Below, in pieces: positions 12,746 through 26,100 of a DNA stretch of 64,000 nt. A program made the position numbers and the translations under genes. The stretch covers positions 124,001 to 188,000 of the forward strand of contig NIVC01001505.1 in the NCBI GenBank assembly GCA_002269645.1, given 5' to 3'. Numbering within the stretch: position 1 is the stretch's first letter; every line of letters starts with the position of its first letter. Below the pieces are notes generated by a model. It was given only the letters and a program-made list of their open reading frames with translations. It did no database searches and was not told the origin of the DNA. Origin of the DNA: Macrostomum lignano. Lineage: Eukaryota.

Positions 12746-13584
12746 GATAGGGCATAGGAATCATCTGCAAGCGGTGGAATAATAACAAACCCAAATAAGC
12801 AATACAGAAGAAACACAGCAAATGTATTGTTATGGATTTCAAGTCTTCCATTTTCTAACTTAGCCAGGTGATGACGAGAGCCCAGCAATGACAGGGATTA
12901 GTGTAATTGAACTGAAGTGCCTATCTGATAGTTAGAGCAGGAAGCAGAGAAATTAGAGAGTTAATAAGGCCAAGCCAAGTTTATTTCATCATTTGGATAA
13001 ATAGAAACACGTACACTATTTTTCTATACGCAGACGTAGAATTTGAAAGCTACTTACAGTAGCGTGAAAAAACCAGAGAAAATTTTTGCTTCATAATTTA
13101 AATTTTTGTTTAACAGCCGAACGAATCAATGGTTTTTTTGAGTGCTTGATTCTGAGATACAAAAGCACATTGAATTAATAAATTTGCTATCTTGATATTT
13201 TGGGCAAATTCGAACACGCCTAACTATAAATAAAAAACATCTAAAAATAAGCTAAAGCAAGTGAAACACACACTTGAACAATACTAATTATTAATAAATA
13301 TAGTATGATCTGACAGACAGCACGATTTTACTGGGTTTATCATAAACAAACAGGGAAAGGGACAGAGTTCAGAGACCCAGATATGAGAACATTAGAACCA
13401 TAGAAAATGAGCCTATCTAAGTGTCTACTAAACTAGCGGCACCTTGAACACGTGTTACAATTTAACCGGCTTATCATACAACAAAAAAACAGTTTTCAGA
13501 ACTTCAGGTGCCAATCAATTCTAGACCCTGTTGATAGAGAACGTCTGGCAGCGAATAGGGGCAAAGTTCAGCCACAGCTGTGTG

Positions 13585-14035
13585 GATTTTAGAGCGATTC
13601 TCAGGGTGAGATTTGGAGCGATTGTCAGGGTGAGATTTAGAGCGGTTGTCAGGGTGAGATTTAGGGCGATTGTCAGGGTGAGATTTAGGGCGATTGTCAG
13701 GGTGAGATTTAGAGCGATTGTCAGGGTGAGTTTTAAGGCGATTCTCAGGGTGAGATTTGAGGCGATTCTCAGAGTGAAATTGGGGCGATTCTCAGGTTGG
13801 ATTCGGGGCGATTCTCAGGGTGAGATTAGGGCGATTCTCAGGTTGGATTCGGGGCGATTCTCAGGGCGAGATTTTGGGTGATTCTCAGGGTGAGATTTAG
13901 GGTGATTGTCAGGTTGGATTAGGGGCGTTTCTCAGGGTAAGATTTGGGGCGATTCTCAGAGTGAAATTAGGGCAATTCTCAGGGTGAGATTTAGGGCGAT
14001 TCTCAGGGTGAGATTTAGGGCGATTCTCAGGGTGG
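13585..14035. repeat. ~21-bp minisatellite (gcgattctcagggtgagatttag)n just downstream of the NNT stop
   Basis: Direct tandem repetition; related to 28550-29175. Confidence 0.9.
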
Positions 14036-14125
14036 CAACCGATAAAATCCGAAACCGAAGTCCCCAGCAGCAAACGGCAGCACAGGTCAGACGGTATCCC
14101 CACCCCCAAAGCGCAGTCCAAGAGC

Positions 14126-17100
14126 TCAGTTGTCGCCATAGTACTCCTTGACCTTGGACAGCAGGCCGTCGCACATCTTCTTGGCGTCGCCGAGCAGCAT
14201 GACGGTGTTCTCCTTGAAGAAAATCGGGTTGTCCACGGCGGCGTAGCCAACGCCAAGGGTGCGCTTGACGACCACCACCTGCTTGGAGTTCCACACGCGA
14301 AGCACCGGCATGCCTGAGTGTGGGTGGCGGGTTAATGGGGTGCAGGTTAGGCATTGTACTGACTTATGGTCGCCAACACTTTTTACGTTCCTACGCTGTA
14401 CACAAAATTGTATATCCTACAGTGTACATATTTTACATTCCTACACTGTACACTTGCGAGTGCCACGGAGTGCAAATTAATGCACTGACAGTCAGGGCTC
14501 ACCCGCAATGATGCTGTTGGGATCCTCCTCAGCGGCTGAGTTCACCGTGTCGTTGGCGCCGATGACCAGCACCAGGTCGGTCTCCGGGAAGTCGTGATTG
14601 ATCTCGTCCATCTCCAGCACAATGTCGTAGGGGACGCCGGCCTCGGCCAGCAGCACGTTGAGCTGTCCGGGCATGCGGCCGGCCACCGGGTGGATTCCAA
14701 AGCGAACGTTGACGCCCTTCTTGCGCAGCAGGGTGACCAACTCGGCCAGGGGGTACTGGGCCTTGGCCACGCACAGGCCATAGCCGGGAGTGATGATCAC
14801 GTTGCGAGCGTTCACCGCCCAGTCGGCCACTTGGTCGACGTTAACCTGATGACAACCGGCGATAATATAATAAGGGTCATTTAGGGTCATTCGGGTTACA
14901 AAAGATCGATTATACCAGCATAGTCGTACCAAGGACTTCTAGACTAACAGGACGTAAAACTCAAAGATCGTGCAATTTTTTGGAGGCCACGATTTCCTGG
15001 AAAAAATACACTGCGAAGATAGGAAAAAATCAGTTTTTCGTCACAAAATCTGTGATTGTATTTGATCTGGGGCAGTGAAGACTACCATTCTTTTAATTTA
15101 ACATGCACAATATGTTACTCTATTATATTTTCATATAGCTGTGTAGTGAAGTTTTCATTTTCATATTGTTTTCACTTTATTTCATAAGCCCAAAGTTGCA
15201 AACTCACAAGTGGCATTAGCCAAACTTTTTGTGTTGTTCTTTTTAAAATAAAGTATAAAAACATTGCATGTAGGTACTCTTAGTCTTAAGCTATTATTGT
15301 AGGTTTAGTAACTATACTAATTCCTAGGCCTACTAGAACTAGACCTATCACTACACTATCTAGCCTAATAAGTAATTAAAATTAAATTTAGACAATGACT
15401 TAAAGATTAGTATATTTAGATTTTTTTATTATATATAGATTACCAATAAATAGTTTCATATGGTTGGTTACCTAGGCTTGAGAAAGCTGTATTATCAGTT
15501 TTTAAGCAAGCCTATATTTAGGACTAAGATTTAAGAAGAATAGACTTAATCACAAAAATAGGCCCTAACCATTTTTACTAGGTATCTATAAGAAAAAACA
15601 TTGATTAGTCCTTTTATAACTTTTATTTTAAAGGCTAAAAATATTATTATATTACAAATTTGAATAGCTTTTCTTTTCTTGAATTTGATATTTGGCTAAT
15701 GCCACTTGTGAGTTTGCAACTTTGGGCTTATGAAATAAAGTGAAAACAATATGAAAGTGAAAACTTCACTACACAGCTATTTGAAAATATAATAGAGTAA
15801 CATATTGTGCATGTTAAATTAAAAGAATGGTAGTCTTCACTGCCCCAGATCAAATACAATCACAGATTTTGTGACGAAAAACTGATTTTTTCCTATCTTC
15901 GCAGTGTATTTTTTCCAGGAAATCGTGGCCTCCAAAAAATTGCACGATCGTTGAGTTTTACGTCCTGTTAGTCTAGAAGTCCTTGAGTCGTACTTTGTTA
16001 CCAAGTAACAAGTAACTTTGAGGCTCAAGTCAAGATTGGCTATTTGAGATGAAATTGAGTCAAAAGGTCAAGGTTGGTTTTTTGAGGTCAAATTGGGTCA
16101 TTTGGGGTCAATGTGGGTCATTTGAGGTCAAAGTATGTCATTTAAAGCTACACTGGGTTCTTTGAAATCAAATGGATTATTTGAGTTCAAACTAGATTTA
16201 AGGTCAAAATGGGTGATTTAAGGTCAAAATGGCTTATTAGAGGTCAAAGTGGGTCATTTGAGGTCAAAGTATGTCATCTTAAGCCACTGGGCTCTTTGAA
16301 GTCAAAGGGGTCATTTAAGGTCAAAATGGCTTATTAGAGGTCAAAGTGGGTCATTTGAGGTCAAAGTATGTCATCTTAAGCCACTGGGCTCTTTGAAGTC
16401 AAAGGGGTCATTTAAGGTCAAAATAGGTGATTTAAGGTCAAAGTGGGTAATTTGAGATCAAAGCGGGTCATTCGAGGTCAAAGAACTCTGTGACAAGACA
16501 AGAATCGCCTCACCTCAGTATGAGTACCGGTGATCTCCATAGCTTTGCCGCCGGCATAAGAGCTAGTGCCGTAGCCGCCGAAGATGACATTAGGCAGGCT
16601 GCGGTTCATTGCCTTGCACATGATGTAGGACAGGATGGCACCGCTGGACCCGATGAGGGCGCCAACCACGGTCATCAGGTTGTTGTCCAGCATGAAGCCT
16701 TCGGCGCACAGGGCCCAGCCAGAGTAGGAGTTCAGCACCGTGATCACGACGGGCATGTCCGCGCCTGCGGTGCAGTGGCGACGAGGGGAATCGGGTCAGA
16801 CTTCCAATGCTCACTGATCTTTCCGTAGACCTTTAGTAGGCTACCCCGATCCTTTAGTAGGCTACCCCTGATCCTTCAGTAGGCTACCCCGATCCTTCAG
16901 TAGGCTACCCCGATCCTTCAGTAGGCTACCCCGATCCTTCAGTAGGCTACGCCCGATCCTTCAGTAGGCTACCCCCGATCCTTCAGTAGGCTACCCCCGA
17001 TCCTTCAGTAGGCTACGCCCGATCCTTCAGTAGGCTACCCCCGATCCTTCAGTAGGCTACCCCCGATCTTTCAGTAGGCTACCCTGATCCTTCAGTAGGC

Positions 17101-20100
17101 TACCCCCGATCTTTCAGTAGGCTACCCTGATCCTTCAGTAGGCTACGCCCGATCCTTCAGTAGGCTACCCCCGATCCTTCAGTAGGCTACCCCTGATCCT
17201 TCAGTAGGCTACCCCCGATCCTTCAGTAGGCTACCCCTGATCCTTCAGTAGGCTACCCCTGATCCTTTAGTAGGCTACCCCTGATCCTTCAGTAGGCTAC
17301 CCCTGATCCTTCAGTAGGCTACCCCTGATCCTTCAGTAGGCTACCCCTGATCCTTCAGTAGGCTACCCCTGATCCTTCAGTAGGCTACCCCTGATCCTTC
17401 AGTAGGCTACCCCTGATCCTTCAGTAGGCTACCCCTGATCCTTCAGTAGGCTACCCCTGATCCTTCAGTAGGCTACCCCGATCCTTCAGTAGGCTACCCC
17501 TGATCCTTCAGTAGGCTACCCCTGATCCTTCAGTAGGCTATCCCCGATCCTTCAGTAGGCTACCCCTGATCCTTCAGTAGGCTATCCCTGATCCTTCAGT
17601 AGGCTACCCCCGATCCTTCAGTAGGCTACCCCTGATCCTTTAGTAGGCTATCCCTGATCCTTCAGTAGGCTACGAGGGGTATGCAATAAGCTTCCGGAGG
17701 CACAAATTGGGAAGGAGATGTATACAATTCGGCATAGCAGGTATTATGTACAATTATCTTGTGATTATAGTTGTGCAATTTCAGACAAATTCACTCTATA
17801 AAGCCTGCGCTGCTGTTTAAGGCAATCAGAAGAGCTTTGAGGAACTTTAAGCTTTGGAACTTTGGTAATGAAGCACCTTCCAGGTCCACAGTTTTTGAGT
17901 GGTTTGCTGAATTTCGACATGGCCGACGGAGTCTGGATGATGATGACTGCAGAAGCAAGGGATGAGAATGTTGCTGCTATTCGGGCCATGATTGAGGATG
18001 ATGCCAGGGCAACTGTGGCCCAGATAGAGGCAGAAGCGGCATCTCATCGGCAGCCATCCGCACGATTCCTGCACTCAAGGCTCAACCTGAGCAAGATTTC
18101 TGCACGCTGGGTGCCTCATCACCTGACGGAGGAGCAAAAGGAGGCTCGGGTGGCTTGGTGCCATGCCATGCTCTACAGATTCGACGATGGCCGCTCAAAC
18201 TCGGTCTGGGAAATCGTCAGTGGTGACGAATCCTGGATCTACAGTTTTGACCCAGAGACCAAGCAGCAGTCGGCCCAGTGGACACCAGTTGGAGGCGCCC
18301 CATCATTGAAGCTGCAGTGGGAGCGCAGTGTTGCAAAGCAGATGTTGGCCGTTTTTGTGACGAAAGCTGATCATCTACATGTATTGCGACCGTCCCACTT
18401 GTGCAGCAGCGCAGTCAGTGGCAACTGGTGTACCGACTACTGCCTGCCAGAAGTTCTGAGTGCTCTCCCCAGTTGCCGCCCATTTAAAAAACGATGAAAG
18501 TCGAACTGAATCTTGAGTTGTGTTGATCCGTTTTTTATCCGTGTTTCTCCGAATTTGATCAAATTATAAAGATGATGAATGTTGAACTTAATTTCGAGTT
18601 GTGTTACTTTGTTTTTTTATCGACTACGGTTAAATAAGTTGGTAGTTGGGTAACGTAGGTGTCCATTGCATTCCTGTATAAAAGTCGGCACTTAGATTGT
18701 TGCGTAATATAATTTATTTTTTAATTATGATGCAACATTACTCCTCAATACCTTTAGCTTCAGTGATGCCACAGACGAACAGAAAGCGGCAAAATGCGAC
18801 TCAGGGAATCTAAAAAGAAAATGAAGCAGCAGTCTAGAGATGACGCCGCCGCCAATGATGAGCAGCAGCCCCCTATCAGCGATGACTCTGACGCCAATCA
18901 TGAGCAGCAGCTCCCCATCAGCGATGAGTCCAGCGATGACTCCGACGCCAATCATGAGCAGCAGCCCCCCATCAGCGATGAGTCCAGCGATGACTCTGAC
19001 GCCAATCATGAGCAGCAGCCCCCTATCAGCGATGAGTCCAGCGATGACTCTGACGCCAATCATGAGCAGCAGCCCCCCATCAGCGATGAGTCCAGCGATG
19101 ACTCCGACGCCAATCATGAGCAGCAGCCCCCCATCAGCGATGAGTCCAGCGATGACTCCGACGCCAATCATGAGCAGCAGCCCCCTATCAGCGATGACTC
19201 TGACGCCAATCATGAGCAGCAGCTCCCCATCAGCGATGAGTCCAGCGATGACTCCGACGCCAATCATGAGCAGCAGCCCCCCATCAGCGATGAGTCCAGC
19301 GATGACTCTGACGCCAATCATGAGCAGCAGCCCCCCATCAGCGATGAGTCCAGCGATGAATCCGACGCCAATCATGAGCAAGCCCCCCATTAGCGATATT
19401 GAGTCCAACGCTGACGAATCCGAGACTGATGACTCCAACCATGAATCGGATGACGATGCCATGCTGCTAGAGAATCCAATTTTTTGGGTGCCTGTCTAAG
19501 CATTAAGCAGGCTGCTAACGAGATTGAAGAATTCGCCATAAAAAGCAAGTTGCGCCGAGAACCAAAAAAGCGATTGCTTGATCTGTTGCAACGTCTTCTG
19601 ACCAGGGCAAACTCCGTCCCCATAAGTCTGCGCCAACTTGATCAAGTTATCGGAATTCAACCTTGCAAAAGCCTATTTCGTCCGAAGAATGCTACGTGCG
19701 ACTTTGTGTGTAGTACGTGTAATGTGAGCCGCGTTGAAGTAGTAGCAGCTGACGAGTGCTGTCCAGATTGTCATTCGGCGGTTGTTAAGTTTTGGGTTCT
19801 GGACGTTCGCGCGCAATTGCTTACGATGATCAAAGAATATAATATGCTGCGGTTTGTAACATTTCCTTGCGATCTAGTGTACAAGCCTGGTTGTCTAAGT
19901 TTTGCTGGAAGCATAGCATATTAGCGGTTTCTGCAGACAATTCAACCGCAAGACCGCCGCGATTTAAGTTACACTTTGTGTACGGACGGTTTCTCTATTT
20001 CGAGGACATCCCCTGCCGAAGTCTGTCCCGTTATATTGTCATAAACAAAGTTAATGACAAATTTAAAATGCGCTTTGTCGTACTCTGCGGTTTGTGGACG

Positions 20101-23100
20101 GGAAAACGTAAACTAAAAGCTTCGCAATTTCTCCAGATGGTTGTTCCTGTGCTAAACGATTTGCGCGAGGTGGGAATTACAGTTGTTGACGAAAACGGAC
20201 CACCGCGGCGTATGCATTTGCATCCGTTGATCGCAATTTTTGATGCCCCAGTTCGCGCCGATGTAATCGGAGTGAAGCGTTACAACGCCACCTATGGCTG
20301 CGATAAATGTTATGTACAAACGAAGCCGCAACCGACTGCAGGAGGCCGCTACTATTCTGTTCAAGTCACCGACAGCGTGAAGCGGGCAGCACAGCGAGCT
20401 GGTTGCACTTCACCCGGTGTTCGCACCAAAAGAGACACACTTCAATTAGCCGCTAATATTCCCGCACACAGGAGCGATTTGTTAGGCGTGAGTTCCTTAA
20501 TTAAATTATGCATTTTATTGAGCTTTTCGCCCTAGCTTTATATTTTTTTAAAGTTTCCTCTTTGAAATTTGTTACAGGTGTATGCCGTATCACCTTTTAA
20601 GCAGTTAAACGGCTTCGATTTCACTGCTGGATGCCCTCCCTGCTTCCTGCACGAGTTCGACGGTGGCATCTGCAAGTGGCTTTTGCGGAAGCTTTTCTGC
20701 CAAAAGCAAGACCGTCCAGATTAAAAAATTGAGTCACCAAATTTATATCAGCGCCTGTCAGATATACGCGCTGCCATGGCCTCAATTGTCGTGCCGCATA
20801 GCGTTCAACGTCGTGCTCTGCGCACCCCGAAAGAGATTGCTCGTTTCAGAGGTCACGAGTTTGAGGTCTGGGTCTTGGCTCTGGCCCCGATGCTCCTGAA
20901 AGACTTTTTAAGTGAACCGGACAATGTCGATTATTATCTTCACCTTCTACTACTTAGTTCAGCTATCTTCTGGCTCTGCTTTGATAGCGCATCGCTCGTA
21001 GAAGTTATGCGGGCTCAGACTTCCTTGGACCACGTGCTTAAGTGAGAAAATTGGAACTCATTTTCTTAAGGATTTTCTTCTAACTAAATAGCTAAATGTA
21101 GCTCTTGTATTTATTATAATCTGAGACCTAATTCGTTTCATCATTTTAGGTATTTGCCTGTGCTGTATTCAACAAGAGCATTGACGTACAACGCTCACTA
21201 AGTCTGTTTGCACATGGTGTCTGCGGCCATTCAATTCGGGCCGATGTACCGGATTTCAGCGTCGCTATTCGAAGCCACGCACTTCCGTCTGCGTAGCTTT
21301 ATTCACGGTTCGCGTCGGCAGGAAATTGAAGTGCTGAAAGCTGTCAGCCGCCACATTGACAGACTTCGCATAAACAGTGCCGAGAACCACGATCATGACC
21401 TGTCTGCCGGCAGTGCAAATGTTGGAGGCATTAAACTTCAAAGTCGACAGCTTCCCGGTGCAAACAGCGAAAAAACATCCTGGAGACTGTAAGATAGCGC
21501 CACTTTAAGTGCCCGACCCGCATCGACCCAGGCCGTCAATATCCAGTACTTATGGCTAGTCGTCGTTGAAGTACCCGCTTTTCAAGGCTTCGGCGCGGCA
21601 CGTTGCCGTGGAAACGGAGGAATTGGTTTCAAAGGCTTCGATGCGGCATGTTGCCGTGGGAACCAGTGATGGGCCTATTGCGCTTGCCCTCTGTCCACAA
21701 TTCCAACGGTCGGAGAACACAGATGCTGAGGCCGTGAAACCTGTAGACACTGGTGACACCGAGAACGTAACCAGCGCTGAAGAGGACAAGCGGCTGGAGT
21801 CCATCTGCACTGCTGCCTTTGCAGAAGCGGAGGCAGCATTGGAAGTTGCCCAGAAGGCGTTGGATAACCTGTTAGAGCACAGGAAGAAATTGAATTTCGT
21901 GTTTTCAGTCCTACACTACAACTAAAAATGTCCGCAGACAACCGTGCTGGTACGTATTGGATTGTACAATTCACGTCTGGCAAGAAGGAATGTATGGTTG
22001 TGAGCGACAGCGACGTCCACGATGATTCCACCGACATCGACGACGAAGTTCGATGCGTTGGTCAAGAAGTGACCGTCGTCATTGCACGAAATAAGAGGAC
22101 TGGCACTCGCCACCCCGCCAAAATTGTCAAGGGCCCGTACGGAACGGGCAAAGCAAAGAAAATGCTTAAACTTTGCCAAACCACTTCCGACGGTCCTGAC
22201 AAGCCGACGTCCCTGGAAGTGCCAGACGATCGGGAGCCGTGCCAGGACTGTCCAAAAAAGGAAGACAGCTTACGCCGGCTGAAAAGTGAGCTGCTAGCTG
22301 TGCGCCAAGAGCGAAATGAGCTCACTGAGCAGGTTTCAGGATTGCAGCAGCAGCTGAGGCAGCAAGAAGAAAAAGAAAATCTTATGCGCGAAAGCCTCAC
22401 TGACTTGAAAACCAAGGCTGCCCAAGCAAGGTGCAAGACCCTGCTGTCGATCGCGGCAGCTATAACGGCATCAGCCGACGACGAAGGCGACAGCGAGGGC
22501 GACGGCGACAATCACGACGAGGGTGGCAACGGAGGACCACAGCGCGGTTTTTCGAAGCGCCTTTCAGCGCCCACGGTAGACAATTTTCTCGTGCCACTAT
22601 CCGAGAGCTTGTCTGGCGTGCACGTGCGCTCGGTAGATCGCAACACGCTGTCGAAGAACATCAAGGAATATAAAGAGGCTCACGGCGCTGATACGAAAGC
22701 AAAGAAAATGGGCTAGCTTCTACGTGGCTTTATTCGAATGCTTTCACTACAACGGGGACGAGATCCGCCATGCCGCAGATGAAGTTAAAATTGACATAAT
22801 AATTAGTAATCTGACCAACAACGGAATTGAGATTGCGCGAAAAGACCTTGGCATCGCTTTCGCACGCTGCGTTGACGCTATTTCACAGCGTCGAAAGCGA
22901 CAGCAGAAAGCCAAGTCGCCGGCAACCGCAAAGCGGGGCAGACCAAGCAGCGGCGCTGATTGCTAGTTTTGCTTACTAAACTTTTTATATCCATGTATTA
23001 GCAAGCGATGCAATTCTTTTTAGCAGTTATCGTTCTAGCGTTTATTCAGCAGTTACAATTGTTTATAAAACTACTTTGCTCAATAATTTTTTCTATAGCT

Positions 23101-26100
23101 GTTCATGTATTTGCAATTCATGTAAAAGCACAGTTATTGCTTTTATACGGCACTTACGAACGTACAGTAAATACACTCAGTTCGCCTATATTATTCTACG
23201 TAACGCAAGTCCATGCGTTTAGACTTCTTTGTATAAAGAAAGCAGTTCTTCATGTCCGGTCTCATTTTATTTTCGAAAAAAAGTTGAAATTTGGTCCTTC
23301 ATTTGCGGAGAAAAGCGGGGCAAAAACGCTTCATTTTTTCGGCACGATTTTCTACAGATGAAAGTCGGAGTTCTGACGAGTAAATATCTGAGTTGTCGTT
23401 ACGGTTTACCCTTAAAATCGTTGAATTACGTACAAAAAATGATTTGATTTGAAAAAATCGGTCGACTAAAACAGATAAAAGTCGTATGACGACTGTTATC
23501 GTTTAGAATTTCATCTGGTTTGTTTGTTTGTGTGTGTTAAATTTTCAGTTAAAAATCGATCAGATTATGGCGTCCTTCTGAGACGATGAAATTTGGTTGA
23601 ATATTGGTCCGAGTTACCGCTTTTGTTGTCGATCGAGTGACTGGGCGCCCACAAGTCCAGGCAAGTGGTCGAATTCCTGGCTACAGAACACATTCAAGAA
23701 CTCGGCCCCGTGCGACTTCTTTTAGTTTCCGCAAATCAAGCGGAAGATGCGTGGCATTCGCTATTCATCGCCGGAAGCTGCAGTCAAGGCCTTCATCAAG
23801 CATGTCAATGGGGTCAAGTGCCAAGTTCAGAGTGGTCCGGCTGCATATAGACTCTTCTGGAGAGTACCTTGAAAAAATGACTGTCAGTTGCTCTCTAACT
23901 ATTTCTTTACACATCCGGAAACTTATTGCACACCCCTTGTACATCGCACATTGCACAAGCTAAATGATAATTCACAAGTCTCAAATTAACGACAGGACGC
24001 GCCAGGAATCGAACCCTGGGATGCCCTTGGATCCCCAGACTCACCTCCGATGGCCGCGGTGAGGGTGACGCCCATCACGGAGGACAGGCCAGTCGTGGCG
24101 GCCAGGGCAGCCAGGCCGGAGCTCATCTCGGGCAGGGCCACCAGAGCGCCGCCAGAAGCCAGGCTGGCGCCGAACATGGAGGCATTCAGGGCGTTGCGAC
24201 CGGGCAGCATCAGCGGCTCGGACTTCAGCAGACCTTGCAGCTTGCCGAATGCCACCAGGGAGCCGGTAAAGGTCACGCCGCCAATGTAGGTACCAAGAAA
24301 GGCGACAGTCTTCAACAGGTTGGCAGCGGCGGTGTCGCCAGCGGCAAAGTGCGGCTGCTCGTGAATGTAGGTGGCCACGCAGGTGATGACAGCGGCGGCG
24401 CCCACCAGGCTGTGGAACAGGGCCACCATCTGCGGCAGGTCCGTCACCTCCATCCGCTTGGCCATGACTCCGCCGATGCTGGCGCCGGTCAGGCAGACGG
24501 CGCCCATCTGGGCCAGCACGGACGGCTCGGGCTGCAGGATGCCAAGGGTGGCCGTCACTCCGCCAGACACGCCGATCATGCCGAGTGCGTTGCCTGCGGG
24601 TGGGGTGGGAGCGGGGTGTTAGGGCTTGCTTGCAGACTGCCAATCTGAACTAGCGTACCTGTCAATCAACCATCCATACCTGTCAATCAACCATCCATAC
24701 CTGTCAATCAACCACCTGTCAATCAACTATCCCTACATGCCAATTAATCATTCCTATCTGTCAATCAATCATCCCTATCTATCAATTCATCAATTCTCTA
24801 CTTGTCAATCAGCCATTCCCTACCTGTCAATCAACCATTCTCTACCCGTCAATCAGCCATTCCCTACCTGTCAATCAACCATTCTCTACCCGTCAATCAG
24901 CCATTCCCTACCCGTCAATCAGCCATTCCCTACCTGTCAATCAACCATTCCCTACCCGTCAATCAACCATTCTCTACCCGTCAATCAGCCATTCCCTACC
25001 TGTCAATCAACCATTCTCTACCCGTCAATCAGCCATTCCCTACCTGTCAATCAACCATTCTCTACCCGTCAATCAGCCATTCCCTACCTGTCAATCAACT
25101 ATTCCCTACCCGTCAATCAGCCATTCCCTACCTGCCAACAGATCAACAGCAACCCCGCTCACCCAGGCGGCAGGTCTTCTGCGAGCTCAGTCCGGTCAGC
25201 GCCCCAACGCAGCAGAGCGAGGAGCCCAGATAAGCCAGCTGGTGCAGGTCGTGACCGCCGCCCTGGTACAGCAGAGCGCCGTAGCCGCCAACCAGCGTGG
25301 CCCCGGGCACCAGGTACAAATAGTTGAACTCGGGCGGATCAGTAGGCCGCTTGAACATGTCCAACATTCGCTGGGTAACCAAGAAGCCGCCGCCGATGTT
25401 GATGCTGGAGATGAAGGCAGCCACTGCGCCGAGCGACTGCGGCACATTCGATGGCGTCAGGCCGCCGCCCATCAGCAGGAGGCCGCCAACTGCCGTGATG
25501 CCGGAAACGGCGTTGGTCACGCTCATCAGGGGGCTGTGCAGGGCCGGGGTGACGCCCCAGACAGTGTGGTAGCCAACGATGGTCGACAGCGAGAATGTGG
25601 TCAGCTGAGGCGAAATTGAAGAAAGTTTTGGCGCTTTTTAATTGACGTTTAGTGACTACTTATAAGTAGAAATGCAAGAGTATTTTTGTATATAATTTAA
25701 GTATAACACTAATTAATTTTTTTAAACTTCAGGGAAACATAACTTCAGGGACACTGATAACTTCAGGGACACTGGTAACTTCAGAGGACACTGGTAACTT
25801 CAGGGACACTGATAACTTCAGAGGACACTGATAACTTCAGGGACACTGATAACTTCAGAGGACACTGGTAACTTCAGGGACACTGATAACTTCAGGGATA
25901 CTGGTAACTTCAGGGACACTGAAAACTTCAGGACACTGATAACTTCAGGGACACTGGTAACTTTAGGGACACTGAAAACATCAGGAACACTGAAAACTTC
26001 AGGACACTGGTAACTTCAGGGACACTGATAACTTCAGGGACACTGAAAACATCAGGAACACTGAAAACTTCAGGACACTGGTAACTTCAGGGACACTGAT

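Larger units (their letters stand above)
18479..23645 (+). mobile_element. CACTA/EnSpm (CMC)-type DNA transposon, ~5.2 kb, nested in the mariner
   Basis: CCCA...TGGG ends with a 2-bp CG TSD (18477-18478 and 23646-23647); removing it rejoins mariner gcc gcc cac aag. Subterminal aaagtcg motifs near both ends. An alternative left end at 18468 (cccagt) matches the right end better but gives no TSD. Confidence 0.8.
17671..23941 (+). mobile_element. Degenerate mariner (Tc1/mariner) transposon split by a nested insertion
   Basis: ~30-bp TIRs with 4 mismatches and TA at both ends: tacgaggggtatgcaataagcttccggagg (17671) and catccggaaacttattgcacaccccttgta (ending 23941). 5' half: [30 protein letters not shown]. 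3' half from 23646: [25 protein letters not shown]. Frameshifted, and the HDN region is missing. Confidence 0.93.

Noticed and set aside
12700-12851. Possible small membrane protein MEDLKSITIHLLCFFCIAYLGLLLFHRL
   Set aside because: Runs straight into a minisatellite, has no homology I recognise, and hydrophobic runs arise easily from T-rich DNA.
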